A stretch of DNA of 32,000 bases. Source: Candidatus Saccharimonadota bacterium. Lineage in GTDB: Bacteria; Bacteroidota; Bacteroidia; Flavobacteriales; Blattabacteriaceae. Shown one piece after another: positions 18,952-27,301 of the stretch. The notes below the pieces were generated by a model, which saw nothing but the letters and a program-made list of their open reading frames with translations, had not been told where the DNA came from and made no database searches. Made by a program: the position numbers and the translations under genes. Positions within the stretch are counted from its first letter, which is position 1. Every line of letters begins with the position of its first letter. The DNA lies in the NCBI RefSeq assembly GCF_014251775.1, contig NZ_CP059199.1, forward strand, positions 180,001 to 212,000, given 5' to 3'.

Positions 18952-20246
18952 GTTAACCTAATATTTATAGATTTTTTGTGAGCAAATAATCCTTCTTCAG
19001 AGGATAAAATATTAATATATTTTGATAAATTTTTTAATCCTTCCTTAGATATATTCTGAAATGTTATTTTTCTAACAAAACTATCTATAGATATCCCACT
19101 ATAATATTTAGCATTTCCATTAGTAGGAAGTACATGATTAGTCCCAGTAGCATAATCACCCGCACTAACTGGAGAATAATTCCCTAAAAAAACAGATCCT
19201 GCATTAATTACTTTATTAAACCAAAATGAATTGGCATTCCTACAGTTAATAATTAAATGTTCTGGAGCAATTTTATTTACCAATAAAAAACATTCCTCTA
19301 ATGAGGATAGAACTATTATACTACTATTTTTAATAGATTGTTTAACAATATTTTTTCTTTTATTTAAAAAAATAAATTGATTTCTTATTTTTTTTTGAAC
19401 TGATTTTATCCAATCATTATTATTTATTGTAGTGATGATAATTGCATAACTTTCTGGATCATGCTCTAATTGAGATAATAAATCTGAAGCTACATAATTT
19501 GGATTTGCTGTATCATCAGCTATAATGACTAATTCTGAAGGTCCAGCTGGTAAATCTATAGATATATTTTCTTTATAACAAACAATTTCTTTTGCTTTAG
19601 TTACATAAGAATTTCCCGGACCAAATATTTTATAAACAGCTGGAATGCTTTCTGTTCCGTATGTCATAGCCGCAATTGCCTGTACCCCACCTAGTTTATA
19701 AACAGAATTTATTCCTAGATATTTTGCAGTATATAATATAGAATGATGGATATTTCCACTTTTATTTGGAGGAGTACATATAATTATATTTTTACATCCA
19801 GCTAATTTTCCAGGAATTCCTAACATTAAAACAGTAGATAAAAGAGGAGCAGTTCCCCCCGGGATATAAAAACCTATTTTTTCTATAGGTATATTTCTTC
19901 TCCAACAAAAAACACCTTCACTTGTTTCTATTTTAGATTCTTTTTGTATCTGTTTTTGATGAAAAGATTTTATATTATTATATGCAATTTTAATAGATTC
20001 TTTTAATTCATTAGAAACTTTTATTTCTGCTTCATAAAAATCTTTATCAGTTGCTTTAAATGTATGAATGTTAACATTATCATATTTTTGGGTGTATTTT
20101 TTTAAAGCTATATCTCCATTGGATTTAACATCTTTTAAAATAGAAGAAACTAAATCTTCTAATTTTGAATTTTTTTTTAGTGATCTATTATAATTAATAG
20201 AATTTAATACATTATTAAATGTAGGATTTTTACATATTTTAATCAT
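18948..20246 (-). CDS. hisD: histidinol dehydrogenase
   Basis: 432 aa. PAGPSELVIIAD, LLSQLEHDP and GDYATGTNHVLPTNG. Its end overlaps the hisC start by 4 nt. Confidence 0.95.
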   Translation of the reverse strand: MIKICKNPTFNNVLNSINYNRSLKKNSKLEDLVSSILKDVKSNGDIALKKYTQKYDNVNIHTFKATDKDFYEAEIKVSNELKESIKIAYNNIKSFHQKQIQKESKIETSEGVFCWRRNIPIEKIGFYIPGGTAPLLSTVLMLGIPGKLAGCKNIIICTPPNKSGNIHHSILYTAKYLGINSVYKLGGVQAIAAMTYGTESIPAVYKIFGPGNSYVTKAKEIVCYKENISIDLPAGPSELVIIADDTANPNYVASDLLSQLEHDPESYAIIITTINNNDWIKSVQKKIRNQFIFLNKRKNIVKQSIKNSSIIVLSSLEECFLLVNKIAPEHLIINCRNANSFWFNKVINAGSVFLGNYSPVSAGDYATGTNHVLPTNGNAKYYSGISIDSFVRKITFQNISKEGLKNLSKYINILSSEEGLFAHKKSINIRLT

Positions 20247-20261
20247 TATATAAATTATTTA

Positions 20262-21119
20262 TTATAATATAATTTTTTCTATTGGAAGTACTAAAATATC
20301 TTGTGCTCCAAGTGATTTTAAATTCTCTACTATTCCCCAAAAATCATTTTCATTAACTACAGAATGAACTGAACTACATTCTGAATTTGCTAATGGAAGT
20401 ATTACTGGACTTTTAATCCCTGGAAGATAAGATATTATTTTTTCTAACCGTTCGTTTGGAACATTTAATAAAATATATTTATTATTTTTTGCTTGTTTAA
20501 CTGCTCTAATTCGAAATAATAATTTATCCATTATTGTATTTTTTGAATTTATTAAATGTATATTAGAAGCTAATACTGCTTCAGATTGAAGTACCGTTTC
20601 AACTTCTTTTAGTCCATTCATAAATAATGTGGATCCACTACTAACTAAATCACAAATACAATCAGCCAATCCTATTCCTGGAGCAATTTCAACTGCTCCA
20701 GATATTTCGTGTATATCTGCATTAATACATCTTCTTACAAAAAATTCTTTCACTAAAAAAGGATAACTTGTCGCAATTCTTTTTCCATTTAAATCATTCA
20801 TATTTTTATATATTAAAGATTTAGGTACCGCTATAGAAAGTCTACATTTTCCAAATCCTAAAGTTTCTTTTATGTTAATTTTCTTTCTTTTTTCTAACAA
20901 TACATTTTTTCCAACAATCCCTATATCAGCTACTCCATCTTCTAAATACTGAGGAATATCATCGTCCCTTAAAAATAATATTTCTAAAGGAAAATTTAGT
21001 GCTGTAGTTTTTAATTTATCTATACCAATATTAATTTCAATACTGCAGTCTTTCAATAATTTAATTGAGTCTTCATAAAGACGTCCTGACTTTTGAATAG
21101 CTATTTTTAATTTATCCAT
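20262..21119 (-). CDS. hisG: ATP phosphoribosyltransferase, long form
   Basis: 285 aa. LKIAIQKSGRL and DLVSSGSTL (PRPP loop). The length includes the C-terminal regulatory domain, so no hisZ partner is expected. Confidence 0.95.
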   Translation of the reverse strand: MDKLKIAIQKSGRLYEDSIKLLKDCSIEINIGIDKLKTTALNFPLEILFLRDDDIPQYLEDGVADIGIVGKNVLLEKRKKINIKETLGFGKCRLSIAVPKSLIYKNMNDLNGKRIATSYPFLVKEFFVRRCINADIHEISGAVEIAPGIGLADCICDLVSSGSTLFMNGLKEVETVLQSEAVLASNIHLINSKNTIMDKLLFRIRAVKQAKNNKYILLNVPNERLEKIISYLPGIKSPVILPLANSECSSVHSVVNENDFWGIVENLKSLGAQDILVLPIEKIIL

Positions 21120-21139
21120 ATTTTAGGAAAAGAAATAAC

Positions 21140-21163
21140 AAAAGCTTACTTTTGTAAGCTTTT
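21140..21163. promoter_or_regulatory. perfect 10-bp stem / 4-nt loop hairpin in the hisG 5' leader (terminator- or attenuator-like, symmetric)
   Basis: AAAAGCTTAC-TTTT-GTAAGCTTTT read directly from the sequence. On the his (minus) strand it is followed by GTTATTTCTTTTCC and then the hisG ATG 20 nt later. On the plus strand it is followed by TAGTTAGTTTTTTTT. Confidence 0.5.
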
Positions 21164-21206
21164 TAGTTAGTTTTTTTTAGTAAAAAAAAAAATTATTGTA
21201 TTGAGG

Positions 21207-21214
21207 CAAATATA
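21207..21214 (-). promoter_or_regulatory. candidate Bacteroidota -7 promoter box (TATATTTG) for the his operon
   Basis: The plus strand reads CAAATATA, which is TATATTTG on the minus strand, 87 nt upstream of the hisG ATG. It matches the TAnnTTTG -7 consensus described for Bacteroides and Flavobacterium promoters. Confidence 0.35.
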
Positions 21215-21294
21215 ATAACAATTTTGAATATTTTATAATTTACTAAAATAGATAACCATCTAGATAACTCTAGATATAGTAATTATTTAATAAT

Positions 21295-22062
21295 ATGAAA
21301 ATTATTAGTTATAATATAAATGGAATTAGATCTGGCATACGGAAAGGATTATTCAATTGGATAAATAAAAATAATCCAGATGTTATTTGTTTTCAAGAAA
21401 TTAAAGCATTCTCTGATCAAATTCAAACTGATATTTTTGAAAAATTAGGATATAATCATTATTGGCATTCTTCAAAAAGAAAAGGGTATAGTGGAGTTGG
21501 AATTATTTCTAAAGAGAAAGCATTTTATATAAAATTTGGAATGGATATTGATTCGATTGATAAAGAAGGAAGAGTATTACGTATCGATTTAAAAAATAAA
21601 AAAATATCAATAATAAATATTTATATTCCTTCTGGAAATGATATGAAAAATAGATTAAAATTTAAATTTTTTTTTATGAAAAAATTTTTTTCATATATAA
21701 AAAAAATAAAAAATAAATCAAAAAACTTAATTATTTGTGGTGATTACAATATTTGTCATAATAATATAGATATTCATGATCCAATTAAAAATCAAGGATT
21801 ATCTGGATTTCTAATAGAAGAAAGACAATGGATGAGTAATTTATTAAAATTAGGATTTATAGATAGTTTTAGAAGTTATATAAAAAGTGGAAATCACTAT
21901 AGTTGGTGGAGTTACCGTTATAATTCTAAAAAAAATAATAAAGGATGGAGAATTGATTATGCTATAATCAGTAAATCTTTAGAAAAAAGAATGAAAAATT
22001 CATATCTTATGCCAGATATAATTTATTCCGATCATTGTCCAGTAGTTTTAGAAATTGATTAA
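21295..22062 (+). CDS. xth: exodeoxyribonuclease III (AP endonuclease)
   Basis: 255 aa. MKIISYNINGIRS, DVICFQEIK, GDYNICH and the C-terminal SDHCPV. Confidence 0.9.
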   Translation: MKIISYNINGIRSGIRKGLFNWINKNNPDVICFQEIKAFSDQIQTDIFEKLGYNHYWHSSKRKGYSGVGIISKEKAFYIKFGMDIDSIDKEGRVLRIDLKNKKISIINIYIPSGNDMKNRLKFKFFFMKKFFSYIKKIKNKSKNLIICGDYNICHNNIDIHDPIKNQGLSGFLIEERQWMSNLLKLGFIDSFRSYIKSGNHYSWWSYRYNSKKNNKGWRIDYAIISKSLEKRMKNSYLMPDIIYSDHCPVVLEID

Positions 22063-22066
22063 ATAA

Positions 22067-22139
22067 TGACCTGACTGGGGTTCGAACCCAGGACCCTTAC
22101 ATTAAAAGTGTAATGCTCTACCAGCTGAGCTATCAGGTC
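22067..22139 (-). tRNA. tRNA-Lys (anticodon UUU), 73 nt, no encoded CCA
   Basis: Hand-folded from the reverse complement. Acceptor GACCTGA/TCAGGTC, D-arm GCTC-AGCTGGTA-GAGC and anticodon arm TTACA-CTTTTAA-TGTAA (anticodon TTT). Variable loop GGGTC, T-arm CTGGG-TTCGAAC-CCCAG and discriminator A. Confidence 0.9.
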
Positions 22140-22157
22140 GGATATTCAAAAAAAGAA

Positions 22158-22165
22158 TAATTTTG
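22158..22165 (+). promoter_or_regulatory. candidate -7 promoter box (TAATTTTG) for aroK-tilS
   Basis: Matches TAnnTTTG, 32 nt upstream of the aroK ATG. It sits back-to-back with the tRNA-Lys box. Confidence 0.3.
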
Positions 22166-22166
22166 A

Positions 22167-22174
22167 CAAATATA
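22167..22174 (-). promoter_or_regulatory. candidate -7 promoter box (TATATTTG) for tRNA-Lys
   Basis: The plus strand reads CAAATATA, which is TATATTTG on the minus strand, 27 nt upstream of the mature tRNA 5' end. Confidence 0.35.
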
Positions 22175-22197
22175 CTATAAATTTTGAGTTTTTTTTT

Positions 22198-22712
22198 ATG
22201 AAAATTACTTTAATAGGATATATGGGATGTGGAAAAACTACTATTGGGAAAATTTTATCTAAAAAATTAAAATATACATTTTATGATCTAGATCATATTA
22301 TTGTTAAAACACAAAATAGTTCAATTGAAAAAATTTTTAAAGAAAAAGGGGAATTATATTTTAGAAAAATAGAAAATTTTATTTTGAAAAAAATTTTAAA
22401 ATCTAAAAAAAAACGATATGTTTTATCAGTAGGAGGTGGAACTCCATGTTTTTATAATAACATTTATATGTTAAATAAACATTCAAAAACTTTTTATCTA
22501 AAAATAGATAGTTTTAATTTATTAAAAAGATTACTTTTGGAAAAAAAAAAAGACCTTTAATTGCTCTATTAAAAAAAGATGAATTATTTAAATTTATTAC
22601 AAATCATCTATCAAAAAGAACCTTTTTTTATGAAAAATCTTATAAAAAAATAAATATTTCTAACAAATCTAAAGATGAAATAGCTGAAGAGATATTAGAA
22701 ATATTAAAATAA
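22198..22712 (+). pseudogene. aroK: shikimate kinase, interrupted by a frameshift inside an A11 tract (22541-22551); intact if the tract were A12
   Basis: The tracked ORF 22198-22560 (120 aa) carries Walker A GYMGCGKTT, DLD and SVGGGTP, then stops at ...LLLEKKKDL*. The next frame, starting at 22551, reads RPLIALLKKDELFKFITNHLSKRTFFYEKSYKKINISNKSKDEIAEEILEILK* with its stop at 22710-22712. That is the missing C-terminal part, including the RPLL-type motif. Joined, the two pieces give ~171 aa, the normal AroK size. Confidence 0.85.
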
Positions 22713-22716
22713 AATT

Positions 22717-24075
22717 ATGAATAATAATTTTTTCAATAAAAAAAAATTTTTTATAGATTTGAAAAATTTATTATCTGATGATAATAAAAAAAAATTAGGT
22801 ATTTCTGTAAGTGGAGGATTAGATAGTATGGTCCTTTTAAATTTATTAATTGAAACATCTAATGATATAGAAGTTATTCATTGTAATTTTAACTTAAGAG
22901 GTGATGAATCCAATGAAGATGAAATCTTTGTAAAAGATTTTTGTCAAAAAAAAAATATAATATGTCATGTCAAAAAATTTAATACTGTAGAAGTGGCTAA
23001 AAAAAAAAAAATATCTATACAGATGTCTGCTAGAGAATTAAGATATAATTGGTTTAATGAATTATTAGAAAAAGAATTTTATGAATATATATTATTAGGT
23101 CATCATTTTAATGATTCTATTGAAACATTTTTTATTAATTTATTTAGAGGAACGGGAATAAAAGGATTATTAGGAATTCCAAAAAAAAATAAAAGATTTT
23201 TAAGACCACTTTCAGATTTTAGTAAAAAGAATATTTTTTTTTATGCTAAAAATAATGATATAACATGGAGAACAGATAGTAGTAATCAAAATAGTAAATA
23301 TACTAGAAATAAAATTCGTAAAACTCTGCATTTTATATCAAATTATTTCCCTTTTTTTTTTAAAGGATTAAAAAAAACTATGAATTTTCTTCATGAAGAA
23401 AATGAATTAATAGAAAAAAATATTGATGAAAAAAAAAATGAAATTACTATCAATAAAAAATTTAATCCATTTTTTTGGAAAATAGATACTAAAAAAGTAA
23501 AAAATTTATATCCATTATCATTTTATTTATTTAAATTATTTTATCCATATGGATTTTATGATATTAAAAGTTTGATTAATCTTTTGTATACAAAATCCGG
23601 AAAAAAATTGATTTCAGCTAAATATAACGTTTTAAAAAATAGGAATTATTGGATAATGATTAATAATTATTCATCAATAAAGGATGAAAGAATTTTTTTT
23701 ATTAAAAATTTTAACAATGTTAATCATATTAATCTTCCTATTAAGATTAAATTTGATATAATAAAAAATTATAAAAAAGAACATTTAGAATTTAATAAAA
23801 ATATTTTTTTTATAGATTTTCAAAAAATTAAATTGCCTTTATTACTAAGAACTTGGAGATATGGAGATTTTTTTTATCCTTTAAACATGAATGGGAAAAA
23901 GAAAATAAGTAAATATTATAAAGATGAAAAATTCTCTATTTTAAAAAAAAATAATACTTGGATTTTTATAAACGAAAACAATCATATAATATTGGTAGGA
24001 AATAGAATGGATAATAGATTTAAAATAACAATAGAAACTAATAAAATATTAATAATTCAATTTAATTTTAATTAA
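22717..24075 (+). CDS. tilS: tRNA(Ile)-lysidine synthase
   Basis: 452 aa. PP-loop SVSGGLDSMVLL, HHFNDSIETFFINLFRGTG, and a C-terminal substrate-binding domain of appropriate length. Confidence 0.9.
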   Translation: MNNNFFNKKKFFIDLKNLLSDDNKKKLGISVSGGLDSMVLLNLLIETSNDIEVIHCNFNLRGDESNEDEIFVKDFCQKKNIICHVKKFNTVEVAKKKKISIQMSARELRYNWFNELLEKEFYEYILLGHHFNDSIETFFINLFRGTGIKGLLGIPKKNKRFLRPLSDFSKKNIFFYAKNNDITWRTDSSNQNSKYTRNKIRKTLHFISNYFPFFFKGLKKTMNFLHEENELIEKNIDEKKNEITINKKFNPFFWKIDTKKVKNLYPLSFYLFKLFYPYGFYDIKSLINLLYTKSGKKLISAKYNVLKNRNYWIMINNYSSIKDERIFFIKNFNNVNHINLPIKIKFDIIKNYKKEHLEFNKNIFFIDFQKIKLPLLLRTWRYGDFFYPLNMNGKKKISKYYKDEKFSILKKNNTWIFINENNHIILVGNRMDNRFKITIETNKILIIQFNFN

Positions 24076-24105
24076 TAAAATTTAATAATATTTAATATCT
24101 TTTTG

Positions 24106-24744
24106 ATGATTAAAAAAAATTTTTTTTCAATAAAAAAATCAATTCCTAAAAATGTAGGAATCTTAGCAGTTTCTAAAAATCAAGATATCTTATCTATAAG
24201 AAAATTATATCAAGTAGGACAAAGAGATTTTGGGGAAAATTTTATTCAAGAAATGGTAAAAAAATATCATCTATTACCAAAAGATATACGTTGGCACATG
24301 ATTGGAAAAATCCAAAGTAATAAATTGAAATATATAATACCTTTTGTTCATTTAATTCACAGCATCCAAAAATTTAAACATATTGAAATTATTAATAAAA
24401 TAGGAAATAAACATAATAAAATTATTCAATGTCTTTTACAAATACGTATTTCTAATGAAATAAATAAATCAGGAATATCAGAAGAAGATGGATATAAAAT
24501 ATTTGAATCTAGTAAAAATATGAAAAATATAAAAATAATTGGATTAATGGGATTAGCATCTTTTAAAGAAAAAAGTATCGTAAATAATGAATTTTTTTAT
24601 TTAAAAAAAATATATGATAAGTATAAAAATAAATATCAATGTAATGTCCTTTCAATGGGAATGAGTAGAGATTTTAATCTAGCAATTCAACATGGCAGCA
24701 CTATTATTAGATTAGGTAATTATCTATTTGGAAACAGAAAATAA
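24106..24744 (+). CDS. yggS: YggS-family pyridoxal-phosphate homeostasis protein
   Basis: AVSKNQ (PLP lysine), GENFIQE, WHMIGKIQSNK and SMGMSRDF. The track starts at a TTG (24103) immediately followed by an ATG (24106). I prefer the ATG. Confidence 0.85.
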   Translation: MIKKNFFSIKKSIPKNVGILAVSKNQDILSIRKLYQVGQRDFGENFIQEMVKKYHLLPKDIRWHMIGKIQSNKLKYIIPFVHLIHSIQKFKHIEIINKIGNKHNKIIQCLLQIRISNEINKSGISEEDGYKIFESSKNMKNIKIIGLMGLASFKEKSIVNNEFFYLKKIYDKYKNKYQCNVLSMGMSRDFNLAIQHGSTIIRLGNYLFGNRK

Positions 24745-24745
24745 T

Positions 24746-25519
24746 TTATCGAATAAGTTTAATATAATTATTTATACTATTTTCTAAATCTTCTTTTTTT
24801 ATGGCTTCTATAAAAGAACTTCCAATTATCCCCCCATTTGCATATTTACAAGATAAATAAAAACTATTTTTATCTTTTATTCCGAAACCGATTAATTTAG
24901 GAATATTTATAGGTAATTTTTGAATTTTTTTAAAAAATGATATTTGTTTGTTATCAAAATCATTTACTTTACCTGTAGTAGAATTTGAAGAAACTAAATA
25001 TAAAAATCCATCAGAAATATTACTAATTGTTTGAATTCTAGATTTAATAGTAGATGGAGTCACTAATAGAATTAGTGGAATTGAATACTTTTTAAAAATA
25101 ATTTTATATTTTTCTAAAAAAATTTTTATTGGAAGATCAGGGAATATTAATCCGGATATATTTAGTTCTTTACAAGATTTTAAAAATTTTATTTCTCCAA
25201 ATTTATAAAATTGATTAAAATACCCCATTAAAATAATAGGTTTTTTAATAAAATTTTTTATTTTTTTTATTTGTGAAAATAATAAAGATATATTCATTCC
25301 ATTTTTTAATGAAACTTTATTACTATTTTGTATAATAGCCCCATCTGCTAAAGGATCAGAATACGGGATCCCTATTTCTATTAAATCTACCGGTAATTTT
25401 TGTAATATTTTAATTATTTTAGGGGTACTATCAATTTCTGGAAAACCCGATGTAAAATAGATACATAGTATATTTTTCTTTTTCTTTTTAAAAAGATTAT
25501 ATATGCTATTATTATTCAT
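24746..25519 (-). CDS. trpA: tryptophan synthase alpha chain
   Basis: 257 aa. DLIEIGIPYSDPLADGAIIQ and GFGI ... GGIIGSSF. Confidence 0.95.
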   Translation of the reverse strand: MNNNSIYNLFKKKKKNILCIYFTSGFPEIDSTPKIIKILQKLPVDLIEIGIPYSDPLADGAIIQNSNKVSLKNGMNISLLFSQIKKIKNFIKKPIILMGYFNQFYKFGEIKFLKSCKELNISGLIFPDLPIKIFLEKYKIIFKKYSIPLILLVTPSTIKSRIQTISNISDGFLYLVSSNSTTGKVNDFDNKQISFFKKIQKLPINIPKLIGFGIKDKNSFYLSCKYANGGIIGSSFIEAIKKEDLENSINNYIKLIR

Positions 25520-26687
25520 TTAGAAATTTATTATAAATATCAATATCTTTATCTCCTCTTCCCGATAAAGTTAAAACAACTACATCATCTTTTTTAAATG
25601 AAATCTTTTTTAAAGAAGCTAATGCATGAGCCGTCTCTAATGCTGGAATTATCCCTTCTAATCTAATTAATTCAAATCCAGAATTTATAGCTTCTACATC
25701 TGTAGAATGTAAAAATTTTACTCTTTTTTTTACAAATAAATTTGCATGCATTGGACCAATACCAGGATAATCTAATCCAGGTGAAATTGAATAAGCTGGT
25801 AATACTTGACCATATTCATCTTGTAGAAGATAAGTCATGCTACCATGTAGTATCCCCATTGAACCACAAGATATAGATGCTGAATTTTTATTTGTTTTTA
25901 TTCCTAAACCAGCTGCTTCTACAGCTATAAGCTTTACTGATTTATTAGTTAAAAAATGATAAAAAGATCCAGCGGCATTACTCCCTCCGCCTATACAACT
26001 AATTATATAATTAGGATATGAATGTCCATATTCTTTTAATTGAATTTCAATTTCTTTACTTATAATTGACTGAAAATCAGCTACCATTTGAGGATATGGA
26101 TGAGGTCCTACAGTAGATCCAATTAAATAATAACTTTCAATATGATTAATCCAATAACGAATTGATTCATTCACTGCATCCTTAAGTGTTTTATTTCCAC
26201 TATAAACAGGAATAATTTTTGCTCCAATAGCTTTCATCTTAAGTACATTAGATGATTGCCTACACATATCATTTTTTCCCATAAAAATAATACATTCTAA
26301 ATTCATTAGTGCACAAGTAGTAGCTACTGCTATTCCATGTTGTCCTGCTCCTGTTTCAGCAATAATTTTTTTTTTCCCCAATTTAACAGCAAATAATCCT
26401 TGTCCTATTGTATTATTAATTTTATGTGATCCAGTATGATTTAAATCTTCTCTTTTAAAATAGATATTTGCCTGATATTTTTTAGAATATTTTTTTGAAA
26501 AAAATAATGGAGATGGTCTGCCTACATAATTTTTTAAAATTTCATTAAAAGTAATCTGAAAATATTTACTTTTAATAAAACTTTTATAATTTATTTGTAG
26601 TTCTTTTAAATTATTATATAACATTTCTGGAACAAACGACCCTCCAAATTTTCCGTAAAATCCATCATCATCAACAAAATATTTCAT
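25512..26687 (-). CDS. trpB: tryptophan synthase beta chain
   Basis: 391 aa. REDLNHTGSHKINN (PLP lysine), ETGAGQHG and GGGSNAAG. Its end overlaps the trpA start by 8 nt. Confidence 0.95.
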   Translation of the reverse strand: MKYFVDDDGFYGKFGGSFVPEMLYNNLKELQINYKSFIKSKYFQITFNEILKNYVGRPSPLFFSKKYSKKYQANIYFKREDLNHTGSHKINNTIGQGLFAVKLGKKKIIAETGAGQHGIAVATTCALMNLECIIFMGKNDMCRQSSNVLKMKAIGAKIIPVYSGNKTLKDAVNESIRYWINHIESYYLIGSTVGPHPYPQMVADFQSIISKEIEIQLKEYGHSYPNYIISCIGGGSNAAGSFYHFLTNKSVKLIAVEAAGLGIKTNKNSASISCGSMGILHGSMTYLLQDEYGQVLPAYSISPGLDYPGIGPMHANLFVKKRVKFLHSTDVEAINSGFELIRLEGIIPALETAHALASLKKISFKKDDVVVLTLSGRGDKDIDIYNKFLNE

Positions 26688-27301
26688 ATTTTTTTTATTT
26701 TTTCTATAAAAGATTTTATCATTTCTTTATTTTTTTTACCGGGATATATTTCAAATTTACTGTTAATATCTATACCAAAAATTTTAGGATGATTAAATTC
26801 TTTTATTTTTTTTAAATCTTTACTACTAATGCCACCACTCAAAAAAAATGGAATATCAAAATTATACTTTTTAAGTATATTCCAACAAAATTTTTTTCCA
26901 CTACCACCATTATTATCAAATAAAAAATAAGAACAAAAAGGAATATAACTTGATAAAGTTTTCATTATAAATGAATTATTTATTTTAAAACTTTTAATGA
27001 TTCTGAATCCTTTATCAAATAATTTTTTACAAAAAAATGGACTTTCATTTCCATGTAATTGGATAAAATCTAATTTGTTATTATAACTTATATTCATAAT
27101 ATTTTCAATGGTTTCATTAACAAAAATTCCAGTTTTAAAAATTTCTTTTTTTAATTTTGGAATTATAAAATTCTTGCTAAAGAATCTTGGAGATTTTGAA
27201 TAAAAAATAAATCCTAGAAAATCAGGATTTAAATCGGATATTTCTACTATATCATATTTTAATCCACATATTTTAATTTTAAGAGATTTATTGTATTTCA
27301 T
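26684..27301 (-). CDS. trpF: N-(5'-phosphoribosyl)anthranilate isomerase
   Basis: 205 aa. KIKICGL, DFLGFIFYSKSPR, IQLHGNES and FLSGGIS. Position between trpC and trpB. Confidence 0.85.
   Translation of the reverse strand: MKYNKSLKIKICGLKYDIVEISDLNPDFLGFIFYSKSPRFFSKNFIIPKLKKEIFKTGIFVNETIENIMNISYNNKLDFIQLHGNESPFFCKKLFDKGFRIIKSFKINNSFIMKTLSSYIPFCSYFLFDNNGGSGKKFCWNILKKYNFDIPFFLSGGISSKDLKKIKEFNHPKIFGIDINSKFEIYPGKKNKEMIKSFIEKIKKI

Noticed and set aside
21164-21294. Possible histidine leader peptide or classical attenuator upstream of hisG
   Set aside because: The only small ORF on the his-sense strand is MVIYFSKL*, which has no His codons. No alternative antiterminator pairing is evident. I kept only the hairpin itself as a finding.
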